From contig JBGTIH010000062.1 of assembly GCA_041745765.1 (NCBI GenBank), forward strand, positions 595 through 64,594: a stretch of DNA of 64,000 nucleotides, given 5' to 3'. The stretch comes from Pyrinomonadaceae bacterium (GTDB lineage: Bacteria; Acidobacteriota; Blastocatellia; Pyrinomonadales; Pyrinomonadaceae). Shown piece by piece: positions 9,826-18,187 of this stretch. Each line of letters starts with the position of its first letter. The first letter of the stretch is position 1. The position numbers and the translations under genes were made by a program. A model generated the notes under the pieces. The model saw nothing but the letters and a program-made list of their open reading frames with translations. It was not told the DNA's origin and did not search any database.

Positions 9826-12800
9826 TTAAACGGAGATAAAATCCAAAACTTCGCGCGCTCTTTCAATCGGATTTTTTCCGGTTTCGACAACCTGCAAAAT
9901 TCCGCTCTGCGAAAATTTCGACCCTTCGTTTTCTTCTAAAAACTCCATCAATTTTTCCGGCAGAACGCGCGCATTTTCACTGAGTTTGACGGCAAAGCCT
10001 TCTTTTGTTTTATCGATCGAAATAATTCTCATCTGTTCGGCGAGCTTTCTGAGGCGTGCGAATTCAAAGAGATTTTCGACCGAATTCGGCATTTTTCCGT
10101 AGCGGTCCTGGATTTCCGTGTAAATTCTCCGCAGAGTTTCTTCGGAATCGGACGAAGAAATGCGTTTATAAGTTCTAAGTCTTTGGGAAGTTTCGTTGAT
10201 ATAATCGTTCGGAATCGAAACGTCAACGCCGAGGTTGATCGAAACGCTCGATTCGTCTTCGATTTCTTCGCCTTTGAGTTCGGAAATGGTGCGTTCGAGC
10301 ATTTTAGTATAAAGATCAAAACCGAGCGCATCGAGTTGACCGGATTGCTGACCGCCCAAAATATTTCCCGCGCCGCGCAGTTCTAAATCGAGTGCCGCAA
10401 TGCGAAATCCCGCGCCGAGATCGGAAAATTCTCTGATTGCCGAAAGTCTTCGCCGCGCAATCGGCGTTAATTCCAGTTCGCCCGGAATCAAGAGATACGC
10501 GTAAGCCCGCCGGTTCGAACGCCCGACTCGACCGCGAAGCTGGTAAAGCTGCGAAAGCCCGTAATTATCAGCGCGATTGATAATTATCGTATTCGCCCGC
10601 GGAATATCTATGCCGTTTTCGATGATCGTCGTCGCGATCAAAACGTCGTATTTGAAATCAACGAAATCGAGCATAATTTCTTCCAGAATCTTTTCGTTCA
10701 TCTGCCCGTGCGCGAAAACGACACGCGCATTCGGCACGATTTTTTTGATATGCGCACTCATTGCTTCGATCGTTTCGACGCGGTTGTGAATAAAGAAAAC
10801 CTGTCCGTTTCGCGCCAGCTCGAGCTCGATTGCCGATTTGATCACGCCTTCCGAAAACTGCACAACCTGCGTATTGATCGCCAGACGATCGCGCGGCGGA
10901 GTTTCGATCACCGACATATCGCGCATTCCCAAAAGAGACATATTCAAAGTGCGCGGAATCGGCGTTGCGCTCAGAGTTAAAACATCAACTTTTTTCTTCA
11001 GATGCTTTAATTTTTCCTTGTGCGCGACGCCGAATCTTTGTTCTTCATCAACGACGACCAGACCGATTTTCGGGAGTTTCACGTCATTTGACAGAATTCT
11101 GTGCGTTCCGATCAAAACATCAACTTCCGCTTTTTCCGCTTTTTCGACGACTTCCTTTTGCTCTTTTTTTGAACGAAACCGCGATAAAAGCTCGATTTTG
11201 ACGGGAAACGCCGCAAACCTCTGTTTAAAGGTTTCAAAATGCTGGTAAGCGAGAATCGTCGTCGGTGTTAAAACGGCGACCTGTTTGCCGTCCATCACAG
11301 CTTTAAATGCCGCCCGCATCGCAACTTCCGTTTTTCCGTAACCGACATCGCCGATAATCAGGCGGTCCATCGGGACGGCGGTTTGCATATCTTTTTTCGT
11401 GTCTTCAATTGCGCCCGCCTGATCGGTCGTCAATTGATACGGAAACGCATCTTCAAATTCTTCCTGCCACGGCGTATCTCCGGAAAATGCAAAGCCTTGC
11501 ACGAGTTTTCGTTCGGCGTAAAGCCGCAATAATTCGTCCGCCATATCGCGCATCGCGCGTTTGGCTTTTGCCTTTGTTTTCTGCCAGCCCAAACCGCCCA
11601 AACGGTCAAGCGTCGGCTGCGCCGCTTCGCCGGAAGAATATCGCGAAACCAGATCCAGACGTTCGACCGGAACGAAAAGTTTCGAGTTTTCGGCGTAGAT
11701 CAGGAGCATAAACTCGCGGGATACGCCGCCCGTTTCCAACACCTGCAAACCCTCGAAACGCCCGATTCCGTGATCGACGTGAACGACGAAATCACCGGGT
11801 TTCAGGTCGCGGAAATCGGAAACGAAGGCACTTATTTTGGTCTTTGATCGTTGGTCTTTGATCTTTGTTTTTTGAAATTCGGCTTGCGTCGTTTCGCCGA
11901 AAATGTCCGTTTCGGTGAAGATTTTCAGGTTGAACGAGGGAATTTCAAAACCGCCCGACAGATCACCGATTTTAATTTGATCCGGCGGCAAAACAATATC
12001 GTAATCGCGCAAAATATCGGAAAACCTTTCGGCAATGCCGTGCGCTTGAAAAACGAAAAATTGTCCCTCGTTCCTCGTTCCTCGTCCCTCGTCCTTCATT
12101 TCACGAGTAAATTCTTTGACATTTCCGCGATATTTACGCGTCGGGCGCGAGCCGATCTCGAAATCCGAAGATTTTTCGGCGGTCGGGAATAAAAATAAGG
12201 GTCTTTGATCTTTGATCTTTGATCTTTGATCTTCGGAATTTGAGATTTGAGAAAGCGTTTCAGCAATTTGATCTTGAGTTTCTGAATGTTGAAATTCTTC
12301 ATCGGTTTGCGCCGCCGTTTTGCCGAGCGCGCGGAGTTCGATGCGGCTAATTGAATTTAATTTTTCGCGCAAATTCTCGGCGCTTAAAAATAATTCGTCC
12401 GGCTCTAAACCGATCTCGCCCTGTTCGTTGATTTCGGCGTAATGCGTCTCGATAGTTTCGTAAAAAGTTTCGAGCGTTTTTTCGATCATCGCCGGTTCGT
12501 CTAAAACGAAAATACAATCTTTTAGAAAATCAAAAACGCTCGAATTTCGCGGTTTTACAAGCGGAATCAGGAATTCCCAGCCGGAAAAATCTTCGCCTTC
12601 TTCGGCAAATTGGGTGCGGTCGGTCAGATTCCGCACAAATTTCTCGTCCGAGAATCTCTCACGCGCAAAAAACGCCCAATCCTTAAAATCCTGCGCGGAC
12701 GCGGAAAACGGACGCATCGGCACGATGCGGGTTTCTTTCAGCTGGCTGATTGAAAGCTGCGATTCGGCATCGAACTCTCTGATCGAATCAACCGTGTCGC

Positions 12801-13488
12801 CGAAAAACTCGATTCGCACCGGATATTCCGCGTCCGGCGACCAAACATCGATTATTCCGCCGCGCAGAGAAAATTCGCCGATATTTTTGATCGGTTCTTC
12901 GCGGACATAACCGGAAGAGGCGAGCTTTTCCAACAATTCGTCGGGTGGAAAATCCTCGTCGCGTTTCAAAACCGCGCCTAGTTTCTGCATTTCTGCGGGC
13001 GAAAGCGTTTTGGTAATCAGGGATTTTGCCGAAGTTACGACAAAATCCGTCTGACCGAAAGACAAATTCCAGAGCGTCAGTGCGCGTTTTTCCAGCGTTT
13101 CGGCGTGCGGCGAAATTCCGGCGTAAACGTCCGTTTCCATCGAAGGCAAAGTTTCGATTTTGGATTTTGGATTTTGGATTTTGGATTGATTTTCTCTTGA
13201 ACTTTGAACTTTGGACTTTGAACTTTGAACCGAATCTTGCCAGAAAATCAAATCTGATTCCCACGTTTCGATCTCTTCATTTGAGTCGGCGACGATGACG
13301 AAAGTCTTATTTGTATCGCTTTGAAGTTTTGATAATACAAAGGCTTTGGCGGCGATCGAGGTTAAACCGCTCAGCGAAATTACGCGCGTGCCGCGCTTTA
13401 TTTCGTCGCGTAAGTGTTTTAATTCATCGGTTGTTTCGGATGCAGAATTCATTTCAATAATTTTAGAGAAAATTTCAGGAAGTTGCAC
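9826..13488 (-). CDS. mfd: Transcription-repair coupling factor Mfd
   Basis: 1220 aa. It has the RNAP-interacting block (GDFVVHVDHGIGRFEGL), an SF2 translocase with Walker A (GDVGYGKTEVAMRAA) and DEEQRFG, and a TRG region. The start is either the GTG at 13488 or the ATG at 13452. Four low-complexity inserts are encoded by heptamer repeats. Confidence 0.95.
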   Translation of the reverse strand: MQLPEIFSKIIEMNSASETTDELKHLRDEIKRGTRVISLSGLTSIAAKAFVLSKLQSDTNKTFVIVADSNEEIETWESDLIFWQDSVQSSKSKVQSSRENQSKIQNPKSKIETLPSMETDVYAGISPHAETLEKRALTLWNLSFGQTDFVVTSAKSLITKTLSPAEMQKLGAVLKRDEDFPPDELLEKLASSGYVREEPIKNIGEFSLRGGIIDVWSPDAEYPVRIEFFGDTVDSIREFDAESQLSISQLKETRIVPMRPFSASAQDFKDWAFFARERFSDEKFVRNLTDRTQFAEEGEDFSGWEFLIPLVKPRNSSVFDFLKDCIFVLDEPAMIEKTLETFYETIETHYAEINEQGEIGLEPDELFLSAENLREKLNSISRIELRALGKTAAQTDEEFQHSETQDQIAETLSQISNSEDQRSKIKDQRPLFLFPTAEKSSDFEIGSRPTRKYRGNVKEFTREMKDEGRGTRNEGQFFVFQAHGIAERFSDILRDYDIVLPPDQIKIGDLSGGFEIPSFNLKIFTETDIFGETTQAEFQKTKIKDQRSKTKISAFVSDFRDLKPGDFVVHVDHGIGRFEGLQVLETGGVSREFMLLIYAENSKLFVPVERLDLVSRYSSGEAAQPTLDRLGGLGWQKTKAKAKRAMRDMADELLRLYAERKLVQGFAFSGDTPWQEEFEDAFPYQLTTDQAGAIEDTKKDMQTAVPMDRLIIGDVGYGKTEVAMRAAFKAVMDGKQVAVLTPTTILAYQHFETFKQRFAAFPVKIELLSRFRSKKEQKEVVEKAEKAEVDVLIGTHRILSNDVKLPKIGLVVVDEEQRFGVAHKEKLKHLKKKVDVLTLSATPIPRTLNMSLLGMRDMSVIETPPRDRLAINTQVVQFSEGVIKSAIELELARNGQVFFIHNRVETIEAMSAHIKKIVPNARVVFAHGQMNEKILEEIMLDFVDFKYDVLIATTIIENGIDIPRANTIIINRADNYGLSQLYQLRGRVGRSNRRAYAYLLIPGELELTPIARRRLSAIREFSDLGAGFRIAALDLELRGAGNILGGQQSGQLDALGFDLYTKMLERTISELKGEEIEDESSVSINLGVDVSIPNDYINETSQRLRTYKRISSSDSEETLRRIYTEIQDRYGKMPNSVENLFEFARLRKLAEQMRIISIDKTKEGFAVKLSENARVLPEKLMEFLEENEGSKFSQSGILQVVETGKNPIERAREVLDFISV
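11839..11870. repeat. Tandem GGTCTTTGATC(G/T)TT x2 (2x7-nt period) inside mfd
   Basis: Read directly from the sequence. It is translated as KTKIKDQRSKTKI. Confidence 0.8.
12064..12098. repeat. Heptamer array T(C/T)CCTCG x4-5 inside mfd
   Basis: tccctcg ttcctcg ttcctcg tccctcg tccttca, translated as KDEGRGTRNEGQ. Confidence 0.8.
12202..12251. repeat. Heptamer arrays TCTTTGA x4 then ATTTGAG x2 inside mfd
   Basis: Read directly from the sequence. It is translated as ...SQISNSEDQRSKIKDQRP... Confidence 0.85.
13156..13231. repeat. Two adjacent heptamer arrays (GATTTTG x4, TTGAACT x5) inside mfd
   Basis: Read directly from the sequence. It is translated as VQSSKSKVQSSRENQSKIQNPKSKI. Confidence 0.85.
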
Positions 13489-13497
13489 ATAGAGAAA

Positions 13498-13557
13498 CAG
13501 AAAATGAAAAATGGAAAATATATTCGTTAAATTTATAAATTTTCATTTTTCATTTGC
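13498..13557. repeat. Heptamer-word hairpin (GAAAATG/AAAAATG arms) in the mfd-lysS divergent spacer
   Basis: cagaaaatgaaaaatggaaaat ... attttcatttttcatttgc, with complementary arms. Confidence 0.65.
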
Positions 13558-13814
13558 AGAAGAATTCTTCCTTTTCAAGTTCGGCAAATTGCCGAACTTA
13601 CGCGCTCTCGCTTATACTTTTTCTTTATATAATCTAAATTGCCAGTTATGAAAATTTAGGACACTTTGCCCGCGAAATACGCGAAAACACGCGAAAAAAG
13701 GAATAAAGTTAATTGTTTTTGTCTTTTTTTTAGCGCATTTCGCGTATTTCGCAGGCAATTTCTCCAAAATGTTGATGACTGAAAACTTGGGATATATAAA
13801 TCGAAGAAAAAATT

Positions 13815-15767
13815 ATGAAAATTGCATCATTTGACGAAATTATCGAACCGAACGATCAGACCGAAGCGCGGCGCGTTCATCTGGAAAAATTGCGGACGTT
13901 GGTCGGAAATGTTTATCCGAATAAATTTGAACGCTCGAAAGTTTCCGGTGAGGAAGACACGATCACGAATCTCGTAAAATTCGCGCCCGTTGCGGAAATT
14001 GTCAGGCAATTAAAGGACAACACGCCCGAAGGCGCGAAACCGGATCAGGAATTAAAGGCAAAACTCAACGAAAAATTAAATGAATTCGGCAGCGTCAGAA
14101 TTTCGGGAAGATTGGCGGTTCCGCCGCGCGTGATGGGCAAAGCCGCGTTCGTACACCTCAGCGACGGCGTTAAGCGTCTGCAAATCTATGTTCGCAAAGA
14201 CGATGCGAAAGGGATTTACAACGGGTCAGACCCGTCTGCGGTAGCGGGCGGTTTAACGTCTGCTTCGGAAAGCTCGAAAAATAATCTTCAACCATCCGCT
14301 ACCGCAGATGGTTCTGACCTGAGCGGTTGGGAACTTTTCGGCTTTCTCGATCACGGCGATTTTATCGGCGCGGAAGGTTTTTTGTTTTTGACGAATACGG
14401 GCGAATTGTCGGTTCACGTTGAAACGATTCAATTTTTATCAAAAGCACTTCTTCCGATGCCGGACAAGATGCACGGAATTGCCGATCCCGAATTGCAGCG
14501 CAGGTTTCGTTATGCCGATCTGATCGCGTCGAGTTTGCAGATCGAACACGAAGGTTTAACGACGCGCGAGGTTTTCGAACGCCGCGCCAAACTTATCAGC
14601 GGAATGCGGCAGTTTCTCGATTCGCACGGCTACATCGAAGTCGAAACGCCGATGCTCACGCCGAAAGCGACAGGCGCGGCGGCGACTCCGTTTGAAACGC
14701 ATCACAACGCGCTCGATATTCCTCTATACGCGCGAATCGCGCCCGAACTTTACTGAAAAAGATTAACGGTCGGCGGTTTTGAAAAGGTTTACGAACTCAA
14801 CCGCAATTTTCGCAATGAAGGTTTGTCGCACAAACACAATCCCGAATTCACGATGCTGGAATTCTACTGCGCTTATATGGATGTCAACGGGATGATGGAT
14901 TTCGCCGAAGCGATGATTAAAGAATCGGTACAGAAAGCGACGGGCGGAAGTTTGGTTGTAAATTACGACGGTAGAGAGATTGATTTTTCAAAGTTTAAAA
15001 GATTGTCAATGATTGATGCCATAATCTCAAAAATGCCTAATTTATTAAAATGGGCAAGCCTTATTAAGGACAGAGACGAGTCAAGTCCTCTAAACTCGAA
15101 AGTGAAAGAACAATTTAATCCTAAAATGATTTTTGAATTATGGACATTGTTTGAAGAATATGCTCATGAAGACAAAGAAATTGTTTTAGAAGACGAACAT
15201 AAAGATTGTAGTGAAGGACACAAAAAATTCCAAGCATTTGAAGAAAAAGTTCTCGAAACTAAAAAGAAATATGAAGGAATTGAAATAACTTCAGCGGAAT
15301 CTGATAAAGACGTATTGGCTTTATTTGAAGATTTTGTTGAAGGAAACTTAATCCAACCAACCTTCATCATTGATTACCCGAAATCAATTTCGCCCTTGTC
15401 GAAAGCGTCGCCGGAGAATCCGCAGATTGCCGAGCGGTTCGAGCTTTTTATCAACGGAATGGAATGCGCCAACGGATTTTCGGAACTCAACGATCCGCAG
15501 GAACAGTATGCGAGATTCATTGACCAGATGAAAGAGCGCGAATCGGGCGACGCGGAAGCGATGGTTTTGGACGAAGATTATATTCGCGCGCTCGCTTACG
15601 GAATGCCGCCGGCGGCGGGAATCGGCATCGGAATCGACCGTTTGGTGATGTTGCTGACAAACAAACATTCGATTCGTGATGTAATATTATTTCCGCATAT
15701 GCGTCCGGTTTCCAGAGAAGAAGAAAGCGAAAATGATTCTGAAGAGGAAAATCAGGACGAGAAATGA
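13815..15767 (+). CDS. lysS: Lysine--tRNA ligase, class II. The reading frame is interrupted by one in-frame TGA (14754-14756), so the ORF track shows two halves.
   Basis: Both ORFs (13815-14756 and 14823-15767) are in the same frame. The sequence across the stop reads ...[45 protein letters not shown], which is the conserved class II LysRS motif region. Downstream motifs are also present ([31 protein letters not shown]). Confidence 0.9.
14224..14320. repeat. Palindromic dispersed element, copy A (inside lysS, translated in frame)
   Basis: GGTCAGACCCGTCTGCGGTAGCGGGCGGTT-36 nt-AACCATCCGCTACCGCAGATGGTTCTGACC. The arms recur at 51683-51788. Confidence 0.85.
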
Positions 15768-15806
15768 GATAATAAAAATTAAATTTAACAAGGGAAGGAA
15801 AACACT

Positions 15807-16058
15807 ATGGGACAGACAGCAAAAGAACAAGGCGAAATGACCGAACAGGAACGGGCGGCAAGCGAACGCGATCTGCCGAATCGCGGCGGCGCGGTTTCCG
15901 ATGAAGATATGGACAAGGCTTCGGGCGAAACGGACGACAAACCGACCGGACAAGATCATTCGCTCGACAATTACGCGGAAACAATGCCTGACGAAGGAGT
16001 CGGCGCGGTGCAGGACGCTTCGACGATCAGAGACGGTGTTGCAGATATCGAAGAATAA
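15807..16058 (+). CDS. Small acidic hypothetical protein
   Basis: 83 aa with a strong SD-like AAGGGAAGGAA upstream of the ATG. The composition is D/E-rich and looks disordered. Confidence 0.55.
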   Translation: MGQTAKEQGEMTEQERAASERDLPNRGGAVSDEDMDKASGETDDKPTGQDHSLDNYAETMPDEGVGAVQDASTIRDGVADIEE

Positions 16059-16091
16059 ATAGGAAATTTATTATTTGAAAAATATAAAACA

Positions 16092-16490
16092 ATGAAATTT
16101 ACAGACACGGAATCGCAAATAGAAGGAATCGAAGAGATCTTTGCCGAAGCAAAAAGCGAAGATAATTGGAATTTGGATGAAGAAATGCTTTACAGCTATT
16201 ACTTCGTGGATAAGAGCGTTGAAAAACTCGAAACTTTCGGTCATTTTCTCGAAGAAAAAGGTTTTGAATTTATAGACATTTTCGAACTCGGCGATGAGGA
16301 AACCGACGAATCTACTGGCGAATATCTTCTGCACATTGACAAGGAAGAAATACACACGCCGCAGTCGCTCGCCGAAAGAAATGTTGAATTTGCAAAACTT
16401 GCCGAAGAACACGAAATCGCCTTTTATGACGGTTGGGAATTCGGCGAAGTCGGCGTTTATGACGACGAAGGCGAATTGGACGAAGAGTAA
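16092..16490 (+). CDS. RraB-like (RNase E inhibitor family) protein
   Basis: 132 aa and acidic. The C-terminal ...EIAFYDGWEFGE... resembles the E. coli RraB ...VEYDGWGTYFED... block, and the overall size and charge are similar. Confidence 0.55.
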   Translation: MKFTDTESQIEGIEEIFAEAKSEDNWNLDEEMLYSYYFVDKSVEKLETFGHFLEEKGFEFIDIFELGDEETDESTGEYLLHIDKEEIHTPQSLAERNVEFAKLAEEHEIAFYDGWEFGEVGVYDDEGELDEE

Positions 16491-16559
16491 GTTTGAGTCC
16501 CGCCTTTAGGCGGCAAAGCGCAGCGGATGCCGCCTAAAAGCGGGACTCCAAACTTTTTT
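16491..16559 (+). terminator. Long GC-rich terminator hairpin
   Basis: GTTTGAGTCCCGCCTTTAGGCGGCA...TGCCGCCTAAAAGCGGGACTCCAAAC followed by TTTTTT. Confidence 0.7.
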
Positions 16560-16657
16560 AAAATATGGCAAAAGTTCGGATAAAGATTCGGGCATTTTGC
16601 CTTTTTTTGTCAGAAATATAAATCGTCAGTTTTTTTTGTGTAGACTTGATTTTACGA

Positions 16658-18187
16658 ATGGAAAACGAAGTTCAGGAAAGCGAAAAAATCGAAAATGTGC
16701 GCGTTTTGCGGCTGTGGCAGATGATCTTTCTCGGCAAGGGAACGCTTGTGCGCCAGCTTATTCACGCCATTATCAGCGTCGCGCTTCGTTTGTTTTTCCG
16801 GCGGATCGAAGCGGTCAATGCCGAAAACGTGCCGCCGGAAGGCGCGATTATTTTCGTGCTAAATCATCCGAACGGCTTGGTTGATCCCGCGCTCGTTTTT
16901 GTTTCGCTCATCCGGCGCGTTTCGTTTCTTGCCAAATCCACGCTTTTCGATATTCCGGTCGCCGGATTTTTGCTGCGGACATTCGAGATTTTGCCCGTTG
17001 CGCGGCGCGTTGATTCGGCGGGCGATATGTCGAAAAACCGGATGACGTTTCAGAATTGTTTTGACCTGCTCGTCAAAGGACGCTGCATCGCCATTTTTCC
17101 CGAAGGAATCTCGCACAACGAAACAAAGCTCCAGCCCTTAAAAACCGGCGCGGCACGCATCGCGCTCGGCGCACTCGGATTTACGGAAGAAGAAGAGAAA
17201 GAAAAATTTCAGATTTCAGAAAATGAAGAAACAAATGACGAAGGACAAAGGTCAAAGGACGAAACCAATCCAAAATCCAAAATCCAAAATCTAAAATTAA
17301 AAGTCATGGCTGTCGGGCTTTATTACACTTCAAAAACGTCTTTTCGGAGCGAGGCTTTGATTCGTTACGGCGATCTGATCGAAGTCGAGCCGGTTGAATT
17401 AGACGAAAACGGCGAACCGCCGCGCGAAGCCGTCTATGCGCTGAACGCGAAGATCGAAGACGCTTTGCGAAAAGTAACGCTCAATCTCGAATCGCAAAGC
17501 GAACTCGACACCGTTCTCAAAGCTGAAGCGTTGTTTTCGTCCGTTTACGAAAATCTTTTGTTTAAAGACACGCTGACGCAGAGTTTTAACCGTTTGCAAT
17601 CGCTCGCCGAAAAATACGCGCTTTTGGAAAAAAACGATCCGCAGAAAATGAGCGAACTCGGCGAAAAGGTAACGCGCTACGAAAACGCCCTGAAAACGAG
17701 CGGCGTCACGGCGGAGAGTCTTTCGGTTCTGCATCATCCGACATCTTATGTGTTTCGCTATTTAATCTTGCGCGTCCTGTTTTTGCTGATTCTCGCGCCG
17801 CTTGCCGTCATCGGCGCGATCATTCATTCGCCCGCTTATTTTTTCTCAAATCTTCTGGGGCGCACCGTGACGACGCACGACGTAGATGCTGCCGGTTCTT
17901 CGTCTAAAATAATTGCCGCGATGATCTTTATGCCGCTAACGTGGCTGATAGTTGCGCTTGTTATACTTTTTTTTTTCGGCTGGCAGCTTGCGCTTATTTC
18001 GATTCCGGCGACGATTTTGTGCGGTTATATCGCGCTTCGTTCGTCGGAAACGTTGATTGATCTGAACGTCTGGATAAAATCGGCGTGGCTTCTTTTTCGC
18101 CAGCGTGCGCTCTTTCTTCGATTACTCGTCCGGCGCAAATCTTTGCAGGAAGAGATCGGCGATATTATCGAAAAAGACGAGAGATGA
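16658..18187 (+). CDS. PlsC-family acyltransferase with a C-terminal membrane domain
   Basis: HX4D motif (VLNHPNGLVDP) and FPEGISH motif, with C-terminal TM helices. The ATG at 16658 is preferred over the TTG at 16646. Confidence 0.8.
   Translation: MENEVQESEKIENVRVLRLWQMIFLGKGTLVRQLIHAIISVALRLFFRRIEAVNAENVPPEGAIIFVLNHPNGLVDPALVFVSLIRRVSFLAKSTLFDIPVAGFLLRTFEILPVARRVDSAGDMSKNRMTFQNCFDLLVKGRCIAIFPEGISHNETKLQPLKTGAARIALGALGFTEEEEKEKFQISENEETNDEGQRSKDETNPKSKIQNLKLKVMAVGLYYTSKTSFRSEALIRYGDLIEVEPVELDENGEPPREAVYALNAKIEDALRKVTLNLESQSELDTVLKAEALFSSVYENLLFKDTLTQSFNRLQSLAEKYALLEKNDPQKMSELGEKVTRYENALKTSGVTAESLSVLHHPTSYVFRYLILRVLFLLILAPLAVIGAIIHSPAYFFSNLLGRTVTTHDVDAAGSSSKIIAAMIFMPLTWLIVALVILFFFGWQLALISIPATILCGYIALRSSETLIDLNVWIKSAWLLFRQRALFLRLLVRRKSLQEEIGDIIEKDER
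17243..17305. repeat. Heptamer arrays (CAAAGGN x2, AAAATCC x3-4) inside the acyltransferase gene
   Basis: ggacaaag gtcaaag gacgaaa ccaatcc aaaatcc aaaatcc aaaatct aaaatta, translated as GQRSKDETNPKSKIQNLKLK. Confidence 0.8.

Noticed and set aside
13156-13231. The heptamer arrays as a CRISPR array or other spacer-containing repeat.
   Set aside because: The units are only 7 nt and directly abutting, with no spacers, and no cas genes are present in the window.
12788-13264. A 158-aa ORF in an alternative frame of mfd, and 13026-13298 on the plus strand.
   Set aside because: These frames are kept open by the heptamer arrays (FKVQSSKFKRKSIQNPKSKIQN…). Mfd homology occupies the other frame throughout.
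14754-14756. Selenocysteine or genetic-code reassignment as the explanation for the lysS TGA.
   Set aside because: The position aligns with a conserved Leu, not Cys/Sec. No convincing SECIS-like hairpin follows. Other genes in the window use TGA as their terminator and TGG for Trp.
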